A stretch of DNA of 64,000 nt, taken from a virus (lineage: Duplodnaviria > Caudoviricetes). The notes under the pieces are model-generated. The model made no database searches. It saw nothing but the letters and a program-made list of their open reading frames with translations, and was not told the origin of the DNA. Location: the IMG/VR virus record IMGVR_UViG_2684623153_000002, positions 15,828 to 79,827 of that record, one strand, 5' to 3'. This document shows, piece by piece, positions 51,772-63,318 of this stretch. A program made the position numbers and the translations under genes. How positions within the stretch are numbered: the first letter of the stretch is position 1; each line of letters starts with the position of its first letter.

Positions 51772-52208
51772 TTTTTTGCTGCTTCTTCTAAATCTTCAAT
51801 TTCGTCTTCAAATCCGTTGATTTCAATGGCCTTGTTTAACCAGTTTGCGTATTCACCGCCGACAGATAATACACGTTTTGCGACTTCAACTGGATCTTGT
51901 GTGCTGTAGGCTTCTCTTAGTTCCTTCGAGCGGAAATCTGGATAAATAGTCGATTCAATGGCAATACGTGCGTAGAAGCGCTGGCTGTCTAAGTCTTTCA
52001 CACGGCCTCTTCCTTTGACATTTTTGAAGGTCGTGTTTTCTTTTTCCAGTTCATCAATGCGTTCAGTTGTAATGGCTTTAAAGACAAAAGGAATGACATT
52101 CCCTTTTTTATCAACAAAACGCTTAGAGATTGGCACTTTGACCTCTTCCGCTTCTACTGTTTGTCCTGGCATAAAAAATGAAAGATCAAATGTTTGTTTT
52201 TCGCTCAT
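51768..52208 (-). CDS. xkdN: Tail assembly chaperone
   Basis: DLSFFMPGQ; synteny. Confidence 0.9.
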   Translation of the reverse strand: MSEKQTFDLSFFMPGQTVEAEEVKVPISKRFVDKKGNVIPFVFKAITTERIDELEKENTTFKNVKGRGRVKDLDSQRFYARIAIESTIYPDFRSKELREAYSTQDPVEVAKRVLSVGGEYANWLNKAIEINGFEDEIEDLEEAAKN

Positions 52209-52366
52209 GTTTAAAAACTCCCTTTGTTATGTTTTTTTAAATGCAAAAAAGCACATCCATTTTTGAATGTGCTTTCCAATCTTTTCATGTATAATTTAAA
52301 TTGTACAATTGAACGGCTAGCTCAAGGGTGTCTGGCTCATCCCCCGATAGGAAGGGGGTGATGCTC

Positions 52367-52450
52367 ATGTCAACATTTCAAGCACTAATGTTAATGCTTG
52401 CTTTCGGGTCATTTATTATAACCCTGTTGACGTATATAGACAAAAAATAG
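52367..52450 (+). CDS. Type I TA toxin, BsrE/BsrH-like
   Basis: MSTFQALMLMLAFGSFIITLLTYIDKK. Confidence 0.9.
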   Translation: MSTFQALMLMLAFGSFIITLLTYIDKK

Positions 52451-52662
52451 ACTCCCCCTTGAGCTTTGGTAGGTAAAAGGGAAGTCTATCCTAAAGTATC
52501 CTATTCGATTAGCCAGCCCCTTGAGGGCCAAATTTTACATTGCCGGGATGTTGACGCATCCTGGCTTCTTTTTATTTTATGCAAAGTACTTTGCATGTAA
52601 ACATATTTCTAAGAAACTTTTTGGGGTTACACAGTAACTCTTTTGTAGCTACCCTGTAACTA
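52440..52662 (-). ncRNA. Putative antisense antitoxin RNA
   Basis: Minus-strand TGgTATAAT 52669-52677; terminator hairpin at toxin stop; same layout as copy 1. Confidence 0.72.
52542..52579 (+). terminator. Toxin mRNA terminator
   Basis: Identical hairpin to 2986-3009. Confidence 0.8.
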
Positions 52663-52735
52663 TGAAAAATTATACCATATCGTTGAATAAAATAAAAACA
52701 ACATATATTTTCGTCACTTGTCTGCCTTTTGTTCA

Positions 52736-53179
52736 TTAAAAGGAATTCTTCAGCTTTTCAGGAAGATCAAAGTCCTCGAACGTAAATGGCACTTCTTCTT
52801 CAAGTGCTTCTGAATCGACATCCAGTCCAGCAATTTTAGCTGAATCGAAGTTGACATCAAATAATGTTACACGCTCAGTACCTCGGCCTGATGATTTATC
52901 GTCAATCACCGCTTGAAGAGTGAAATAAGGATCTTCCCCTTTTCTCACATAGTTGAGCATTAATTGAACGAAACGAGATGTAACTTTATAGAATGTGGCC
53001 GTTCCTGTTCCATTTGCTCCTGTTGTTTTATGACCAGTCATTCGGCGGCCCATCACGTTGACTTCTGATTTGTTTTTCTCCACGTTTGCTTCAAACGTTT
53101 TGATAAAGGCAAGCTCCTCACCTTCTAAGAAAAGACGACCCTCTTTACCTGAAATTGTATTTTGCGCTTTAAAAGCCAT
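52736..53179 (-). CDS. xkdM: Tail tube protein
   Basis: XkdM sequence. Confidence 0.93.
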   Translation of the reverse strand: MAFKAQNTISGKEGRLFLEGEELAFIKTFEANVEKNKSEVNVMGRRMTGHKTTGANGTGTATFYKVTSRFVQLMLNYVRKGEDPYFTLQAVIDDKSSGRGTERVTLFDVNFDSAKIAGLDVDSEALEEEVPFTFEDFDLPEKLKNSF

Positions 53180-53180
53180 C

Positions 53181-54527
53181 TTACTTCACCTCCACATTGA
53201 AATAGAATTTTTCTGCTGCATCTACTGGTTGAACAGCTAGATCGATGATAAAACCATCACGATCTTCATTGAGACCGATGACAATATCTGTTTCTGAGTT
53301 AAAGCCTGTAATGCCGCTGCCATCTTGAAGCTGTGTGAGATACTGTGTAATCAGTGTTTTCACAAGCTGTACTCCATCATCAGATGCTGGAATGTCATTG
53401 CCATTGGCTTTGCGTAATTTAATCAGATTTTTTAATTCAAACGTTAAATCATTGTTGATGGCATCAAGCACACGAATGATTTTATTTTTCGCCATTTGCT
53501 GATTCTTTTCAGCTGTGAAGCTTGTTAAAGAGTTAATATCTTTTTCAACACTCACCGTGCGGTCTCTCGCATCAAAGGTGAAGAGGAACTCCCCGTGGGA
53601 TAATCGGTATTCTACTTGATCATTATCAAGGCGTTCTAATGTATCTACTGCTCCTTCGTATTCAACAAAGGTGAGTGACTGATTGAAGTTTGCACCTGCA
53701 CTTGCTCCTGCAACCCAAGCTGTTGTTTGAGCAGGTGTTAGTTCTGTTCCATCTTCCAGCACAACACCACTTGTCACATTGATAATGCCTTCTTGGTCAG
53801 CTGCATAGTTCGCCACAACGCCTTGCACCTTACGTCCTTGCTTATCACGTAGACGCTCGATAAATGAAGCGAAGGTTGCTTTTAATTGCTCACTATTATC
53901 GACTGGGAGCGCAATGACATCAAAGTATTCTGTTTCTGCTGCTTCTAGGAAAGCTGTATAATCTGCGACACTTGCCACACCGTTTTTTCCGCCGCTTAGT
54001 GCCACACCAGCTGTGATAAGTGCTTCACCTTCACCAGAAAATTGAACATATTTGTTTTTCACAAGATCTTTGACATCCGTCACAATCTGCTTATCCACAA
54101 TATCTGTGCCAAGATAAGTAATGACGTCACGTTTTGTGCTGTCGAGTACATTTTCTGCCACTTGGATGGTGATCTCATTTCCCTTTAGACCGCCATAATT
54201 GGCTGTGGCCACAAAGTTTTCTGAGATTTCAGCTTTGGCTGGCTCCCCTTCGTTTAGACGGTAAAGCAAGACTGTTTGCGCTTTTTTCTTTGCTTCACGG
54301 AAAAGAAGAAGCGACTTGTCATCAATATTGAGTCCAACCTTTTTATTTAAGTCTTCCATATTGGAAACGGAAATAAAGTTTTTTGGTTCTCCCCAGCTCA
54401 TCACAAGAGGAAGTGCCACCGTACCTCGATCGCCTAAAGTAATTCGCTGCTCTGCTGTTGTTTTAAAATTAAAGTAAATGCCAGGACGCTTTTTCTCTGT
54501 ACCTGGTGTAAATGTGCCTCCGTTCAT
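53181..54527 (-). CDS. xkdK: Tail sheath protein
   Basis: XkdK sequence. Confidence 0.93.
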   Translation of the reverse strand: MNGGTFTPGTEKKRPGIYFNFKTTAEQRITLGDRGTVALPLVMSWGEPKNFISVSNMEDLNKKVGLNIDDKSLLLFREAKKKAQTVLLYRLNEGEPAKAEISENFVATANYGGLKGNEITIQVAENVLDSTKRDVITYLGTDIVDKQIVTDVKDLVKNKYVQFSGEGEALITAGVALSGGKNGVASVADYTAFLEAAETEYFDVIALPVDNSEQLKATFASFIERLRDKQGRKVQGVVANYAADQEGIINVTSGVVLEDGTELTPAQTTAWVAGASAGANFNQSLTFVEYEGAVDTLERLDNDQVEYRLSHGEFLFTFDARDRTVSVEKDINSLTSFTAEKNQQMAKNKIIRVLDAINNDLTFELKNLIKLRKANGNDIPASDDGVQLVKTLITQYLTQLQDGSGITGFNSETDIVIGLNEDRDGFIIDLAVQPVDAAEKFYFNVEVK

Positions 54528-54530
54528 CCT

Positions 54531-54743
54531 TTAAACCTCCTTGGACAAAAAAGCATCAATGTGCTTTTTCGCTTCTGTTTTTGTAATTGGTTGATGTTTG
54601 ATATAAAAAAGAGCACCTTCAAGGATTTCTGGTTTAACCCCAAAAAGATCCTTACTGTGCTCCTTTAAGGCTTCAAATGAAAAGCCAAATTCTTTTTCTT
54701 CGCCAGCTGTTTGGGCAGGCGCTGCTTTTTTAGTCTTGCTCAC
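54531..54743 (-). CDS. YkzM-like protein
   Basis: Synteny; paralog of 4970..5194. Confidence 0.8.
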   Translation of the reverse strand: MSKTKKAAPAQTAGEEKEFGFSFEALKEHSKDLFGVKPEILEGALFYIKHQPITKTEAKKHIDAFLSKEV

Positions 54744-55185
54744 GTTTGATCACCCCATCTGAAAAATTGATGTCTTCAAGGCTCGGTTGTTTGTCTCGGT
54801 TGTACCAATAACTGCTATCCCACGTCAGGACAATCGCTGCTACGCCTTGATCTAACATTCTGGTTTCCACTCTTTTTATGCGGACATAATCATCAAGCAC
54901 CTCTCCATCTTCACTCATCATCTGAATCATTTGACGATCAGCAAGCAATGCATCAACAATGATTTCTGCCGCGTCATGCGCTTTTTCTGAATTTATATGA
55001 AACACTTTCACTTGCAGCGAATAAGATTTCATAAACGTAGATACCGTATCTGGACCGCTGATCACTGTTACGGGCGGCACATAAACAGATGGTACTTGAA
55101 AATGCTCTGGCAAAAGTCGATCATACATTGTTACAGGAAAGTGTGTGTAAATATAATGCATGATTGCCCCGACTTCTTGATTCAT
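54730..55185 (-). CDS. xkdJ: XkdJ
   Basis: MNQEVGAIM start after GGAGG. Confidence 0.82.
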   Translation of the reverse strand: MNQEVGAIMHYIYTHFPVTMYDRLLPEHFQVPSVYVPPVTVISGPDTVSTFMKSYSLQVKVFHINSEKAHDAAEIIVDALLADRQMIQMMSEDGEVLDDYVRIKRVETRMLDQGVAAIVLTWDSSYWYNRDKQPSLEDINFSDGVIKREQD

Positions 55186-55189
55186 TTCA

Positions 55190-55687
55190 TCACCTCCCAA
55201 AATGTCGATCGAACCAGCTTTGAAGCTTTCGATCCAGCGACTGCTCAAACATTTGCTCATAGAGCATGACAGCATGATCCCAATAGCCATTTCCATCTAT
55301 CCATTGAGAAGCAAGCATCATTCCTGTCTTTGCATTCGGATCATATTCAAAGCGGCTGCCAGCCCACCTGCCAGGCACCCATCTTCGCTCTCCACTTGAA
55401 GAAGTAGCATGTCCATCATTGACATAGGAGGCATACTCAAGCTGGGTTCCCACTTCCAGCGTGAGACCACCTTTTGACATGAGAAAGTGATTCTCCTTGT
55501 CTCCTTGCGTAAAGGAGCTTAGAAGCCGGCCTGTATCGACAGCATTCTCCTTGATTAGCTCATCCTGAATGATGTCCAAAAGCTCTATGCCCATGTCCTC
55601 TAGCCAAGCTTGATATTCTGCCTTTAAGCCGCCGGCACACGCTGTTTCCAGCTGTGAAAGCAGACGGTCAAGTCCATCAATTTTCAT
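55190..55687 (-). CDS. xkdI: HK97 gp10-like XkdI
   Basis: VDTGRLLSS, EYASYVNDGH. Confidence 0.85.
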   Translation of the reverse strand: MKIDGLDRLLSQLETACAGGLKAEYQAWLEDMGIELLDIIQDELIKENAVDTGRLLSSFTQGDKENHFLMSKGGLTLEVGTQLEYASYVNDGHATSSSGERRWVPGRWAGSRFEYDPNAKTGMMLASQWIDGNGYWDHAVMLYEQMFEQSLDRKLQSWFDRHFGR

Positions 55688-56040
55688 AGATTTTCCTTCC
55701 TGACTGCCATCACTTCAATGTGATGATTTTTCACTATTTTGGGCTGCTGCAATTTAAGTGAGACGCCGTTCCACACCATTTTGTCATGCAGGCGAATATC
55801 ACTCGCTAAAGGAAAATGGACAAGATAGGACTGATAAATCACTGTATTCGGCTCTTCTTGCACAAGTGACTGATTCTTTTCTATGACATAACAAGCCAGA
55901 TCTGTCAGGCTAGGCGCATCAGGATAGGAAAGAGTCATTTGTAAGTCATCAGCTGGAATCCCGAATTTTCCTCGGGAAGCCTCCTGATGTTCAAGGTGAA
56001 AAAGATCACAGCGGTCTGTTAAGAGAGATTGATAACTCAT
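55684..56040 (-). CDS. xkdH: XkdH
   Basis: MSYQSLLTDRCD. Confidence 0.85.
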   Translation of the reverse strand: MSYQSLLTDRCDLFHLEHQEASRGKFGIPADDLQMTLSYPDAPSLTDLACYVIEKNQSLVQEEPNTVIYQSYLVHFPLASDIRLHDKMVWNGVSLKLQQPKIVKNHHIEVMAVRKENL

Positions 56041-56420
56041 AATGATCTCACCTTTAATTTGGTACTGCCGCGAGTTAATGATGGTTCAATGTAATCGACA
56101 AGCAGGGCATATACGTAAGGTTTACCTTTCACTTGATCAGCTGCCTTCGCATATGAATAATCACCCATTTTCTCTGACGTAAAGCCTTTCATCATAGATT
56201 CATCATCATTCAGCATGGCAAAATATTGGGCCATTTTTAATAAAGCGATTCTTGCGTTTTCAGGGAGGGGCTGATATTTTCCGCTTGAGAAATCATGACC
56301 TACGATCTGAAATACCGCAGCTTCTGCTTCGATAATATCTGCTGTCAGTCTTTCTACAGATCGATTTTTCACACGCTCAAATACAGAATAGGCTTGCAGT
56401 TCTTCAGGAGAAATAATCAT
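56037..56420 (-). CDS. Head-tail adaptor, YkzL-like
   Basis: SEKMGDYSY. Confidence 0.82.
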   Translation of the reverse strand: MIISPEELQAYSVFERVKNRSVERLTADIIEAEAAVFQIVGHDFSSGKYQPLPENARIALLKMAQYFAMLNDDESMMKGFTSEKMGDYSYAKAADQVKGKPYVYALLVDYIEPSLTRGSTKLKVRSL

Positions 56421-56433
56421 GGCCTGCCGTCAC

Positions 56434-57357
56434 CTACTCTTTCACTTTCATTACTTTTGCTACAGCATCCTCTTCCTCAAATTTGCTGTCTAGCTTCGCT
56501 GTCAGAACAATAATAAATTTCCGGCTGCGAATATCTTTTTCTACTTCAATTCGAATATGACGAGAAAAACCTACGATAATATTTTTAGGGTGCGTCAGCA
56601 AAATATCTGATACGTCTGTTCCCGCTTCGTCATATGGCTGCATATTGGCAAGGCCTTTGACCGGCACACCGAATGCAGAAGAAAGTCCGCCTTGAATCAC
56701 CGCATCTCCGAGAGTTGTCTGACGGTTTGCTACTTGATCCTTCCACTCCACCTCTAAACTTGGGGATGTGTAGAAACGGAAATCCTGAGGTACACGTAAA
56801 TATTTTGACGGCATCGCTTTATAGGCTTGTTTCAACATTTGGCGGCTAATTTCCGCTCCATTTGCATCCACAATATGAGATACTGCTTGTTTTCTCACAC
56901 CATCCATTTGGGCTAAAAACGGGTCTGTTGAAGTCGTATCCCCATTGACGATGAGCTCTTCAATATCAACTGCCGCTCGTTCAGCCAGCATTTGCATAAT
57001 TGTCTGCTGAATTCCGTCTTTTTCAATATTGTTTTCAATGCTGTCGTAGGTCATATGAATTTCTGCAATGACCTCTTTTGCATTGAGCTGGACAGTGCTT
57101 GTCGCTGGGACAACACGGTCTTTCGCATCAAGCGCTTGGCCTTCTTCTGCTGGACGCAAAATACGCTGGCCAAAACCGATTTTTTCGATTTTTTGTGAAT
57201 CACTTTCCATCGGAATGATGCGTGCATCATTTAAAACGGTTGGTGTGTTTTGCATCATTCTAATGAATGTGTTGGATTGGGTTGCGTTCATGAGACCGCC
57301 GGTTTTTAAGCTGGCAAGTGTCATTTCAGCCTTGCGAATCAACTCTTGATTTCTCAC
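56434..57357 (-). CDS. xkdG: Major capsid protein
   Basis: [24 protein letters not shown]. Confidence 0.92.
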   Translation of the reverse strand: MRNQELIRKAEMTLASLKTGGLMNATQSNTFIRMMQNTPTVLNDARIIPMESDSQKIEKIGFGQRILRPAEEGQALDAKDRVVPATSTVQLNAKEVIAEIHMTYDSIENNIEKDGIQQTIMQMLAERAAVDIEELIVNGDTTSTDPFLAQMDGVRKQAVSHIVDANGAEISRQMLKQAYKAMPSKYLRVPQDFRFYTSPSLEVEWKDQVANRQTTLGDAVIQGGLSSAFGVPVKGLANMQPYDEAGTDVSDILLTHPKNIIVGFSRHIRIEVEKDIRSRKFIIVLTAKLDSKFEEEDAVAKVMKVKE

Positions 57358-57379
57358 ACTGTTTCCTCCTTATTTCGGC

Positions 57380-58468
57380 TTATAGTAAGCCATCCCATAT
57401 GGGTTTTGTCGTGTTGTTTTGTGTATCGTGGATTGTTTGTTTTGATATGCCCCTTGCCTTTTCGAGCATGTGAATCCGCTCTGAAATAGGCAAAAGCTGC
57501 TGCTCAAGCACTTCCTGCATCGCTGCTTTTTCTCTGCTGGCTGATTTCTCTAAGGAAGAGAGCTGATGACGAATCGGTGCAACGACTTGTTCGAGCACTT
57601 TTTGGACAGGTTCTTCCCCTGTTTGTTCTGTTTCCTGTTGTTCAGCCTGCTGTAAGACGTTTTCAATGGCCTTTTTTGCTTTTTCAAGCTCTCGCACTTG
57701 ATCCGTCGTCAAAGCGGCCTCTTCTTTTTGTACGTCTTCTGGCCTTTCACCAATCGTTTGAAGTACATCCTCTGTCTTCAGGATGTCCTGCACGATTGGA
57801 ATAAGCTGTTCTAAGGCCGCTCTTACATCCGCCTCATCACCATCACTTGACTGTAAGGTTTCCAGCAGATGGTCTAAAACGTTCCAAAATGGTTGTGACA
57901 TGTTTGCACCTTCCTCTTTTAAAAAGAAATTTTTCAGCAAAGAAAAAAGCCCTCTCTCATTTGTGTCTTGAGATAGAAGCTGATCTTGTTCTTCTATGGC
58001 GACGATGTCCGCCGTTCCAGCCATTGAATAGCCTGTAATGTGGCCTTTTTGAATTTGATCCCAAATCTCTTGGGAAGCCTTTGTCACAAGCACCCAAGAT
58101 CCTTTGCGAATCAGCTCCCCGCCCACTTCAACATCAGCCGGAGCAATATATGATTCAACCACTTCGCCAACACCATCCTGAAAATCATGCTGCTTGTCAA
58201 TATAACGTGCATCCTTCATAAAGCCGTGTGCTGCTCTTTCAATTTCCTTGGCTGTCATAAAGTCTTGATGTGCATCAGGCGTATTCGGCTCATACACGAC
58301 ACCGTACACGAGGCGATGAGCATCTTCTGCCTTTGTCAGGACACTGACCTCCTTTTGAAAGTCAGGCCGCTTTTTCTTTGCTTTCATCAAAAAGAATTTC
58401 TTCTTGTTCGCTGCTTTGTCCACGTAGGAAACATGCGTAATTTTAGCGTTTTTTAGTTCTCTTGGCAT
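57380..58468 (-). CDS. xkdF: XkdF putative protease/scaffold
   Basis: [21 protein letters not shown]. Confidence 0.9.
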   Translation of the reverse strand: MPRELKNAKITHVSYVDKAANKKKFFLMKAKKKRPDFQKEVSVLTKAEDAHRLVYGVVYEPNTPDAHQDFMTAKEIERAAHGFMKDARYIDKQHDFQDGVGEVVESYIAPADVEVGGELIRKGSWVLVTKASQEIWDQIQKGHITGYSMAGTADIVAIEEQDQLLSQDTNERGLFSLLKNFFLKEEGANMSQPFWNVLDHLLETLQSSDGDEADVRAALEQLIPIVQDILKTEDVLQTIGERPEDVQKEEAALTTDQVRELEKAKKAIENVLQQAEQQETEQTGEEPVQKVLEQVVAPIRHQLSSLEKSASREKAAMQEVLEQQLLPISERIHMLEKARGISKQTIHDTQNNTTKPIWDGLL

Positions 58469-58506
58469 ATGTTCACCCCCTTTCAAAAAAGCGCACCCGC
58501 TTCTGT

Positions 58507-59964
58507 TTATTTCGTCAGCTGGTCCGGCTCTGGTTGAGGCTTTTCTTCAGCTGATTTCATGCGGCTTTCTAAAGGTCGGTGATACAGTTCCTCAGGCCAT
58601 TCCTCTAGCGTCTTTCCAAGAATTCTTCCTGCTAGATCGCGCAAATCGTTAGGTGACACTGCCCCCGCCTGAATAAACGGCGTCAGTACCTTCGCAATCT
58701 CTAATGGGTCTCTAAAATCAGGACCATTTAATAGAAAACGGACATGCCACATATCAAGATCCGGCAGGAAGAGAGTATTGAGTTTTCCTGTGATGAGGTG
58801 CCGTTCTGGCTGAAATACCTGCTCTTCTGTTGTTTTACGCGCTGTATCTGCCGTCGCTTTGTTATAGTCTTGAGACTCACCTGTGTAAATTGGCGGCAGA
58901 CGAAACGCAGAACGGATTTTGTTTCTTGTTTTTTCATCGTATTCTAAAAAGAGCGCATCTTCTTGCAGGATCTCGGCTAGAGATTTGAAGTTTACTTTGA
59001 CATTTGAGACATCTTCTTCTCCCGTTAACCCTTTTTCTGTCGGCAGACCTTCAACTTCAAGCAATAGAAATTTATGCGCGTGATCAGATCCTTCAATATC
59101 ATCCATATAGTCTTGAAGCTGCTGATAAGAGGATTCTGACAACATGCCATTTTCGACAATGATGGCACCTGGTACATGCCGCCCTTGTTTAAAATAAAGA
59201 TAGTTCAGTTCCTCTGCCTTGCGTGCTCCGTACATATTGACGATGTTGCCAATCCAGCGGGGAATCCCATACGTTCCACTGCCAATTTTGAAATGAATCA
59301 CTTCTGTTGCGCGAAGCGGCTCTGGTGTGGTGTCATCATACTTGCCTGTTTCACAGTTCAAAATGCGCGGATCACCATACTCCTTAAAGAAGACTTTCTT
59401 TTCGTTGATCACCTGCACATATTTGCGGAATCTTTTCTTTCGATTCATTGTCTTTAATTCGCCATTTTCTGTGTAGCTGAATTCGACGTCGACTGGCTCA
59501 CTAAGCTTGCAAATGCGGATATGAAGCGCATCTAAATACTCGATTCCAGCTGGCTTTCCTTGTCCATCTCTCAGCACCTCTAAAAAACCATTGCCCGTTT
59601 TCTCTCGGTCTTCCAGGACATAGCCAAGAATCACATCAGCGGACTCATCATAGTTCATGTACTTCGTAAACTCTTCAAGTCTTGTCCATTCCTTTTCTGC
59701 GGCTTTCTTTTTTGCCGGTTTTACACCTTCTGCATTAAAGTCAAAGGCGTATTCCACCCCAAATCCAAAGCCTAAAATATTCGTTTTGTACGCATCAATA
59801 CATTGCTGAAGAATGGTTGAATACTCTGCCATGCTTTTTAATTCATTGATGTTGTATGGCGGGGGAACAATGTCATCTTTTTCATAGGAAAATTCATCTG
59901 CATACATTTGTTTTGTATGATCAGACATGTTTGCCTTCATAATCGTTGCTTTCAATTGTTTCAT
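58507..59964 (-). CDS. xkdE: Portal protein
   Basis: PBSX-type portal after terL. Confidence 0.92.
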   Translation of the reverse strand: MKQLKATIMKANMSDHTKQMYADEFSYEKDDIVPPPYNINELKSMAEYSTILQQCIDAYKTNILGFGFGVEYAFDFNAEGVKPAKKKAAEKEWTRLEEFTKYMNYDESADVILGYVLEDREKTGNGFLEVLRDGQGKPAGIEYLDALHIRICKLSEPVDVEFSYTENGELKTMNRKKRFRKYVQVINEKKVFFKEYGDPRILNCETGKYDDTTPEPLRATEVIHFKIGSGTYGIPRWIGNIVNMYGARKAEELNYLYFKQGRHVPGAIIVENGMLSESSYQQLQDYMDDIEGSDHAHKFLLLEVEGLPTEKGLTGEEDVSNVKVNFKSLAEILQEDALFLEYDEKTRNKIRSAFRLPPIYTGESQDYNKATADTARKTTEEQVFQPERHLITGKLNTLFLPDLDMWHVRFLLNGPDFRDPLEIAKVLTPFIQAGAVSPNDLRDLAGRILGKTLEEWPEELYHRPLESRMKSAEEKPQPEPDQLTK

Positions 59965-61274
59965 TGTACGGACCTCCTCTCTCTGTTTGGACGGACACGC
60001 TCTGAGGCGGTCTGTTTCAAATCCGTCACTTCATAGTCATCCAGCGCATACCAGATGGCTGATAATGTGTGTGGGTCGATTTGAAATGCATCTTCCTCTA
60101 AACGTCCATCCTTATCTGCCTTATAGGTCAGTGATTGAAGTTCATAGATTGTGTACGGACAAGCATCAGAGCAAATGATTTTCTTAAACCGTTTGATCTT
60201 TTTCGTATACTGCAAACGCGAGCCTTGGTACTTATGTGCTGCCACCATTTGAAATCCACGCTGCCGAAAATAGTGAATGGTTTTAGGCTCTGCTGCATCG
60301 GCTTTGATGAGTTCCTTTGATTCAATGAACTCTCTTAGGTCAACAGCTGTTTCATCATCTGTTTTCCCGCGATCGTAATATTCCCAGTAAATATATAAGT
60401 ACTTTTTTTCATGGTCGACGGCTAATCGAATGAGCGCATTGTATGATTCAACAAATCCAAAATCCATGCCTGCTCGTTTTAGCGGCCGGTCCATCTGCTG
60501 AATCGCTTCTAATACATCAGCATGATTTCTTACCTCAAATTGAGGAAAAACCTTTGTTCCATTGATGCCAAAATAGCCCTTCCTCGCAATTCGATAGAGG
60601 TCTAGGTCGTATTCTTTCAGCTCATCCAGCTGCTTCACATAGCTTTTAGGGAGAAATAGGTTATCTTCCGCTGTGGAGTGATGATAGTACGTATCCTTGA
60701 TCACAACGGTGCGTTTTTTGTATAAGGTTTCGTCATCTAGGACAAATCGCTTCAGCTGTTCATCTCGAAAAAAATGTCTGTACGTCCAATTATCTTGACC
60801 AACAGGATTGGTCGATAACATCATATAAAGCGGTAAAGACGGGTGCCTCAGCCTTCCAAGCAGCTCTTTAAAGCCTTCATAAGAAACCTCTGAACACTCC
60901 TCAATCCAAATAATCGAGATGTTGTTAATCGATTTTAATTTCTCAGGCTTGTCCAGCCCTTTGAATAAGATGCTGCTGCCATTTCGAAACGTCAAGGCAA
61001 GCGGCGAACTGCGGCACTTCACCACATGATCGATGCCAAGATCGCTGACGATCTCTTGTAATAGAGAAAAGGTTGATTCGCGGTGCGTATCATAGACTTC
61101 TCGAATGACAAGTGCTGTCCGTTTTTCTTCCAGCAGCTTTAAAATGAGTTTTAATGCAATGTGATAGCTTTTAGAGGAGCCGTAACCGCCTACTAAAAAT
61201 TGAAACTTCTGATTCCAATCGAATAGAAAATGTTCAAAGTGAGGATTGACTTCTTTTTCAATCAATGGCGTCAT
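59961..61274 (-). CDS. xtmB: Terminase large subunit
   Basis: GGYGSSKS; GMDFG. Confidence 0.95.
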   Translation of the reverse strand: MTPLIEKEVNPHFEHFLFDWNQKFQFLVGGYGSSKSYHIALKLILKLLEEKRTALVIREVYDTHRESTFSLLQEIVSDLGIDHVVKCRSSPLALTFRNGSSILFKGLDKPEKLKSINNISIIWIEECSEVSYEGFKELLGRLRHPSLPLYMMLSTNPVGQDNWTYRHFFRDEQLKRFVLDDETLYKKRTVVIKDTYYHHSTAEDNLFLPKSYVKQLDELKEYDLDLYRIARKGYFGINGTKVFPQFEVRNHADVLEAIQQMDRPLKRAGMDFGFVESYNALIRLAVDHEKKYLYIYWEYYDRGKTDDETAVDLREFIESKELIKADAAEPKTIHYFRQRGFQMVAAHKYQGSRLQYTKKIKRFKKIICSDACPYTIYELQSLTYKADKDGRLEEDAFQIDPHTLSAIWYALDDYEVTDLKQTASERVRPNRERRSVQ

Positions 61275-61915
61275 GAGTTATCCTCTTTTCGCTTGATCAT
61301 GATGTGAAGATCTTCCTCTTTTTCTTCGCGCACTGCTTTTTTTGTTTTTTCGATGGTCAGTTCAATTTGCTTTAGTCTTAATCTTCGTTCATCCTTCGCA
61401 TGTGCAAGCTCTTCAAACTGTTTAATGAGACGCCTGAGCTCTCCCATTGCACGAGATTGGGCATTTAAAAAGGTAGCATGCCGATCCCATGAAAATTGAA
61501 ACGAATATTCTTCTGTGCTGATTTCTTGTTCTGACTGAATGCCTTCTACTGTTTCTTCTAATGAAGAAGGCATGTATGCCGCCTTTTTCAGCTCTTTGAT
61601 CATGTCATCTTGATCTGACACATACATGATTCGCTGCGCCCGAATAATGGCAGCATATTGAATTTGAATTTGATCCCAGATTAAATCAAGGGATGTACGC
61701 CCGCCCATTTTCTCCATGATTTCAATTGTTTCATCTGAAAGAAACTGATTGAAGATCGAGTGTGCCTGCTTTGACGAACCTTTTTGCCTTTGCCATCCGT
61801 ATCGTCTTTTCCATGATTTCACGGTATGGATTGAGACATTGTAATGATCAGCAATTTGCTGGTACGTCATCCCTTTCATATAATCTTGCTTGGCTCCTAT
61901 CCATTTATCTTTCAT
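61271..61915 (-). CDS. xtmA: Terminase small subunit
   Basis: [14 protein letters not shown]; [17 protein letters not shown]. Confidence 0.9.
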   Translation of the reverse strand: MKDKWIGAKQDYMKGMTYQQIADHYNVSIHTVKSWKRRYGWQRQKGSSKQAHSIFNQFLSDETIEIMEKMGGRTSLDLIWDQIQIQYAAIIRAQRIMYVSDQDDMIKELKKAAYMPSSLEETVEGIQSEQEISTEEYSFQFSWDRHATFLNAQSRAMGELRRLIKQFEELAHAKDERRLRLKQIELTIEKTKKAVREEKEEDLHIMIKRKEDNS

Positions 61916-62007
61916 TTACATTCACCTGCCGCCTCCTTTTAATTCGAACGATTTCCTGTGAAGGAATCATTTGTGTAGGGTTAGCAAACTTCCGTTTGGT
62001 CTTTCTA

Positions 62008-62036
62008 ACTATAGGTGGCAACTGTAAGACAAGTGC
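62008..62036 (-). promoter_or_regulatory. Putative Xpf-dependent late promoter
   Basis: TTGTCTTACAGTTGCCACCTATAG in the xpf-xtmA gap; position matches the PBSX late promoter. Confidence 0.45.
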
Positions 62037-62067
62037 TACTCCATTTATTTTGCAAAAGAAAAAACGC

Positions 62068-62586
62068 CTATTCAGCTGCTTCGAATAGGCGTTCTTGTAC
62101 TTTTTTAGACATCTTTGTCCGAGCTCTCTCCATATGTTTTTGGACAGTTCCTTTTTTCACATCCAGCATAATCGCAATCTCGCTAAACGATAATCCTTGC
62201 GTTGTGTGCATGAAGAATACGTCCTTTTCTCGGTCCGTTAAAACGGACAAGGCTTCATCAATTCTTTTCTTGTCCCGCTCACTGAATTCTCTTTCATTTT
62301 CTTGGATAAGTGTATATTCATGTGATAAAGCCTCTAACACTTCTGGATTTGCCAGGATGGTACGCTGATAGACTGAACGTCTGTCTAATCCTCTGCGTGC
62401 GCCTGGCTGTCTGCCAATTTGAAGCCATTCCACGACGTATTCGAGATCGCTGACCATACTGGCGATAATTTTTTTATCATGCTTCTCTTGATCTGACAGC
62501 TGTTTGTCTTCTTTTTCTCTAAATGGTTCATATCTTTTTCTAGCATCCTTTAATGCTCGTTTGTATTCGATGAGTAAATCTTGCAT
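62068..62586 (-). CDS. xpf: Xpf sigma-like late activator
   Basis: MQDLLIEYKRAL...WLQIGRQPGARRG; region-4 HTH. Confidence 0.93.
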   Translation of the reverse strand: MQDLLIEYKRALKDARKRYEPFREKEDKQLSDQEKHDKKIIASMVSDLEYVVEWLQIGRQPGARRGLDRRSVYQRTILANPEVLEALSHEYTLIQENEREFSERDKKRIDEALSVLTDREKDVFFMHTTQGLSFSEIAIMLDVKKGTVQKHMERARTKMSKKVQERLFEAAE

Positions 62587-62613
62587 GCTGGCTCTCTCCC
62601 TTTTTTAAGAAAA

Positions 62614-62685
62614 TAAAAAACGGACACCAATCAGTCCCCTTTTCATAGGGTCTTGATCAGTGTCCGCAGGCTTTCCGTCTTGGAC
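62614..62685 (-). promoter_or_regulatory. Terminator/antiterminator element (copy B) between xtrA and xpf
   Basis: GTCCA..CCTGCGGACACTGATCA..TGATTGGTGTCCG-TTTTTT. Confidence 0.72.
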
Positions 62686-62712
62686 GTATGATGTTGTGAT
62701 CTATCCAGTAAT

Positions 62713-62919
62713 CTAGCTGATTTTAAAACCAATCTCGTGATCTACTCTTGCAAAATGACCTTTTGCCGTTTGTATAATGGTTTTTCCATGTTCAGGTACA
62801 TCTATCTGATAAGCCGTTCCTACATTCCCATCTAACACGATGACTTGGATTTTTCCTGTTTCCATCTCACCGACAAATGTCTGGTTTTCTTGAATGAATA
62901 ATTGTTTTGGCTCGTTCAT
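62713..62919 (-). CDS. xtrA: XtrA/YqaO-family protein
   Basis: GKIQVIVLDG..PEHGKTIIQTAKGHFARVDHEIG. Confidence 0.87.
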   Translation of the reverse strand: MNEPKQLFIQENQTFVGEMETGKIQVIVLDGNVGTAYQIDVPEHGKTIIQTAKGHFARVDHEIGFKIS

Positions 62920-63317
62920 ATGATTGTCTCCTTAATTGGTGAGGACTTCGTGCCATCACCTATCGTATTTAAAATGATTTCAATTCTTGGACGCATACTA
63001 TAAAACTGGGAAACTCTTAAATCAACGATCTGTAGAGGGGCCCTATCCGCAATAGAATGAAGTGCTTCTTGAATATGGTGTAGCCGTGGCTGAAAGATGC
63101 TGACGTTCACTGGGCGTATCAAACCTTTTTCTGCGTATGTACGCTTGATTTGACAGTCAGTTATGTCAAGCGGCATGTCGTCAAATAAACGAATCTCGAG
63201 TGATAGTGCGTCTTTTATTTTCTGCGGGCATTGCGCTTTTGCAGCTGCTCGTATTCTTTTTATCAATGTATCTTTTGTGAACAATAACTCTGTCTCAATG
63301 ATGAAATGGATGACCAT
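62916..63317 (-). CDS. Degenerate RusA-like resolvase
   Basis: AEKGLIRP...QIVDLRVSQFYSMRPRIEI framework, but KPDxDN and DD motifs are replaced. Confidence 0.6.
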   Translation of the reverse strand: MVIHFIIETELLFTKDTLIKRIRAAAKAQCPQKIKDALSLEIRLFDDMPLDITDCQIKRTYAEKGLIRPVNVSIFQPRLHHIQEALHSIADRAPLQIVDLRVSQFYSMRPRIEIILNTIGDGTKSSPIKETII

Positions 63318-63318
63318 G

